DNA from: Basidiobolus meristosporus CBS 931.73
Taxonomy: Eukaryota; Fungi; Basidiobolomycota
Reading direction: 5' to 3'
Length of the DNA stretch: 64,000 nucleotides
Assembly (NCBI GenBank): GCA_002104905.1
Contig: MCFE01000150.1
Location: forward strand, 89,306 to 153,305
Part shown: piece after piece, positions 61,347-64,000 of the stretch
Numbering within the stretch: position 1 is the stretch's first letter
How the letters are laid out: each line of letters begins with the position of its first letter
The notes under the pieces: model-generated
Database searches by the model: none
The model's input: the letters and a program-made list of their open reading frames with translations, nothing else
Told to the model about the DNA's origin: nothing
Position numbers and translations under genes: made by a program

Positions 61347-62857
61347 TCAGGCAGAGGTTGTAGCTTCTTCAGAGGCAGCATTGACAATGTGACCTGCAGA
61401 GTCCCAGAGCTCTTCAAATGGTGCATCACTTAAGTCAGCAAGGAGGGAAATGGCATGGTTCTTGAGGAAGTATGCCACATCATAGGAGGGGGCTTGTCTC
61501 TTGATGGCAGCAAAGAAAGACAGAATGGCAACATGGGCTGGAGGCTTGTTGAACAGTAGAGAGTCAGAGGATTCAGATTCTTCAGGCACTATCTTGAAGT
61601 CAGTTTTCAGCCAGTTAAGGTTCTTCTCCACAAAGGCAACAAATGGGTCAGCAATGTTTTGGTCTAGGATAACCTCCAGAATCTTCCCTTTTCTCCAGGC
61701 CAGGTTGACAATTCTTGAGAGCTGAATATTGCATGCCTTGAGTGCTTTCCTGATGTTGGAAATGGGAGTCCAGGGAACTTGCTTCAAGTACACCACAGTC
61801 CAGGTAGAAGCTGGTGGTAGGTTTGCTGGGGGCTTGTAAGTCCTTCTGTGTGGCAATGGAGCTGCAGTAGTCAGATTGGAGTCCACATTCTCAGTAGAGG
61901 GTTTTCTTGATGTGTCTTGCTGAATGGTACTGGAGCTGGATGTGTTGATAATTCTTGCTAGAACCTTGCCTGCATAAGTCTGAGGTATAGCTGAGGTGAC
62001 TGTAGAGGTGGTGGCAGCTGGTGCAGGTGGAGAGGCAGAAACTGAAGCAGGAACTGAGGTCACCTGGGAGAAGGCAGTAGAAGCAGGTTTTCTGGGAGGA
62101 ACAGAGTTCACTATCCAGTTGTTCTGTAAAACACTGGAGTAGCTTTTCTGTGGAACAGGATCTTGCTCTTGAACAGGAACAGAAGCAGCAGGCTGGGGCT
62201 GAGCAGTAGTGGTAAGGCAGTGGCACTCCAAGGAAGCTTTTTGCAAGGCATCTCTGGCAGTTTTCAGGGCAGTATTAGGCTTCATTCTTGAGCTTCTTGC
62301 ATTGGGCATCCAGTCTCTTGTTTTCAATAGTCAGGGCAGTATTGGCAGCCTCTATAATCAGCAATTCTCTTCTCAATTGCAAGGAATCTCTGAAGAAATG
62401 CATCAGTAGAAGTGCTGGCATCTGGGAGAGCAGTGGCAGGAATAGAGTCCATTGACAGTGGGCTTCTTGGAGGCAAGGAAAGTGGACTGGCAGATTCAGG
62501 CACAAAAGGAGATATCCTGGCAGGAGGAGAAGGAGTATCCAAGGCAGTAACAGAGGCAATTCTTGTTGGTGAAGCAGCAGCAGGGGAGGCAAGCCTGTTC
62601 AGAAACTGGGCAGGAGAGAGTGCTTGAGGAGAGGGAGTCTTCAGCTTGCCAAGCATGTCTTCCATCAGAGTGATACCAATATTCCTGGTGCATTTGCAGA
62701 GAAAAGTAAGCTTCCTGAGTCTGCCAGCTCTTCCATTCCTTCTGATAGTTCCTTTGTTTCCACAGTTGGGGCAAGAAATCTTCTTGATAGACTTGTCAAA
62801 GCAATCAAGAACCTTCCTTTCAGGTGTAGTGGGCTCCTGTTGAGGTTTTGGTGGCAT
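61347..62857 (-). CDS. LINE ORF1 (Zn-ribbon-like, coiled coil, SY/TY motif, C-terminal domain), split by two +1 frameshifts
   Basis: ATG at 62857 (MPPKP). CPNC..CKC, coiled coil across three frames (62884, 62592 and 62327 ORFs), SYSSVL/TYAGKV. Confidence 0.7.
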
Positions 62858-62926
62858 ATCCAGAGTTTCAGCTTCAAATTTCAATTTTTGAGATTTTTGG
62901 GTGATTTTTGATGGGCGGGATCAAAA

Positions 62927-62940
62927 TTAGGGTTAGGGTT
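62927..62940 (+). repeat. Interstitial telomere-repeat remnant
   Basis: TTAGGGTTAGGGTT. Confidence 0.85.
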
Positions 62941-62981
62941 GCGCGCTGTGACTGCTTTTTACGATCGCAAGGTCAGAACCT

Positions 62982-63777
62982 AGGAAAAAATAAAAATAGT
63001 TAGTAAAGGTGATTTAATGGATGGATGGATGGATTCGGAGTCAGATTCAATCAAAAAATCAAATCGTTGACTAATTTAAAGAGGAAAAAATAAAAATAGT
63101 TAGTAAAGGTGATTTAATGGATGGATGGATGGATTCGGAGTCAGATTCAATCAAAAAATCAAATCGTTGACTAATTTAAAGAGGAAAAATAAAAATAGTT
63201 AGTAAAGGTGATTTAATGGATGGATGGATGGATTCGGAGTCAGATTCAATCAAAAAATCAAATCGTTGACTAATTTAAAGAGGAAAAATAAAAATAGTTA
63301 GTAAAGGTGATTTAATGGATGGATGGATGGATTCGGAGTCAGATTCAATCAAAAAATCAAATCGTTGACTAATTTAAAGAGGAAAAAATAAAAATAGTTA
63401 GTAAAGGTGATTTAATGGATGGATGGATGGATTCGGAGTCAGATTCAATCAAAAAATCAAATCGTTGACTAATTTAAAGAGGAAAAATAAAAATAGTTAG
63501 TAAAGGTGATTTAATGGATGGATGGATGGATTCGGAGTCAGATTCAATCAAAAAATCAAATCGTTGACTAATTTAAAGAGGAAAAATAAAAATAGTTAGT
63601 AAAGGTGATTTAATGGATGGATGGATGGATTCGGAGTCAGATTCAATCAAAAAATCAAATCGTTGACTAATTTAAAGAGGAAAAAATAAAAATAGTTAGT
63701 AAAGGTGATTTAATGGATGGATGGATGGATTCGGAGTCAGATTCAATCAAAAAATCAAATCGTTGACTAATTTAAAG
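62982..63777. repeat. Subtelomeric tandem array, 8 x 99-100 bp
   Basis: Units start at 62982, 63082, 63182, 63281, 63380, 63480, 63579 and 63678. They are identical except for a 5- or 6-A run; each carries (ATGG)4. Confidence 0.97.
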
Positions 63778-64000
63778 GGTTAGGGTTAGGGTTAGGGTTA
63801 GGGTTAGGGTTAGGGTTAGGGTTAGGGTTAGGGTTAGGGTTAGGGTTAGGGTTAGGGTTAGGGTTAGGGTTAGGGTTAGGGTTAGGGTTAGGGTTAGGGT
63901 TAGGGTTAGGGTTAGGGTTAGGGTTAGGGTTAGGGTTAGGGTTAGGGTTAGGGTTAGGGTTAGGGTTAGGGTTAGGGTTAGGGTTAGGGTTAGGGTTAGG
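63777..64000 (+). repeat. Telomere (TTAGGG)n, ~37 units to the window end
   Basis: Perfect GGGTTA array with the G-rich strand running 5'->3' toward the end. Confidence 0.99.

Larger units (their letters stand above)
58515..62926 (-). mobile_element. Apparently full-length telomeric LINE (~4.4 kb; ORF1 + APE-RT ORF2)
   Basis: Bounded by telomere repeats on both sides, with a 69-nt 5' UTR, two ORFs, and a short structured 3' UTR ending in a C-run plus TAA. Confidence 0.92.

Noticed and set aside
58515-62926. Penelope-like (Athena/Coprina) or MoTeR/CRE-type telomeric element
   Set aside because: ORF2 has an N-terminal APE domain and a standard LINE RT; no GIY-YIG or restriction-like endonuclease is seen.
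62982-63777. CRISPR array
   Set aside because: The units are wholly identical with no unique spacers, the genome is eukaryotic, and there are no cas genes.

Overview
Right-hand end of a fungal chromosome (short 50-60 nt GT-AG introns, division-1 chitin synthase, WC-2-like factor, terminal (TTAGGG)n at 63777-64000). It has three zones. (1) 1-25360: nested LTR retrotransposons. A tandem Ty1/copia dimer has its shared central LTR split by a chromodomain Ty3/gypsy element, which is itself split by a younger gypsy with an uninterrupted ORF; an inverted copia relic and extra LTRs flank them. (2) 25.4-54.7 kb: ordinary genes (RPS2 pseudogene, RMD1-like, bZIP, SAM-HMG, WC-2-like PAS-GATA, chitin synthase, VTT/TVP38-like, MsrB) plus a small ORF with a signal-peptide-like N-terminus and a CAAX end. 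(3) 54.7-64 kb: a head-to-tail array of telomere-associated non-LTR retroelements, all on the minus strand with 5' ends toward the telomere and separated by short telomere-repeat remnants. The array starts inside a truncated acyltransferase gene. It contains an ORF1-only element, the 3' fragment of a second (CCHC) LINE family, a tRNA-derived SINE, and 5'-truncated and full-length copies of an APE-RT LINE. Three of these families share a structured 3' end finishing in a C-run plus UAA. Eight 99-100 bp repeats and the telomere follow. The main candidate novelties are this telomeric LINE/SINE/ORF1-only system and a ~310-nt covarying RNA structure shared by two unrelated gypsy lineages. All comparisons were made by eye; no database searches were run.
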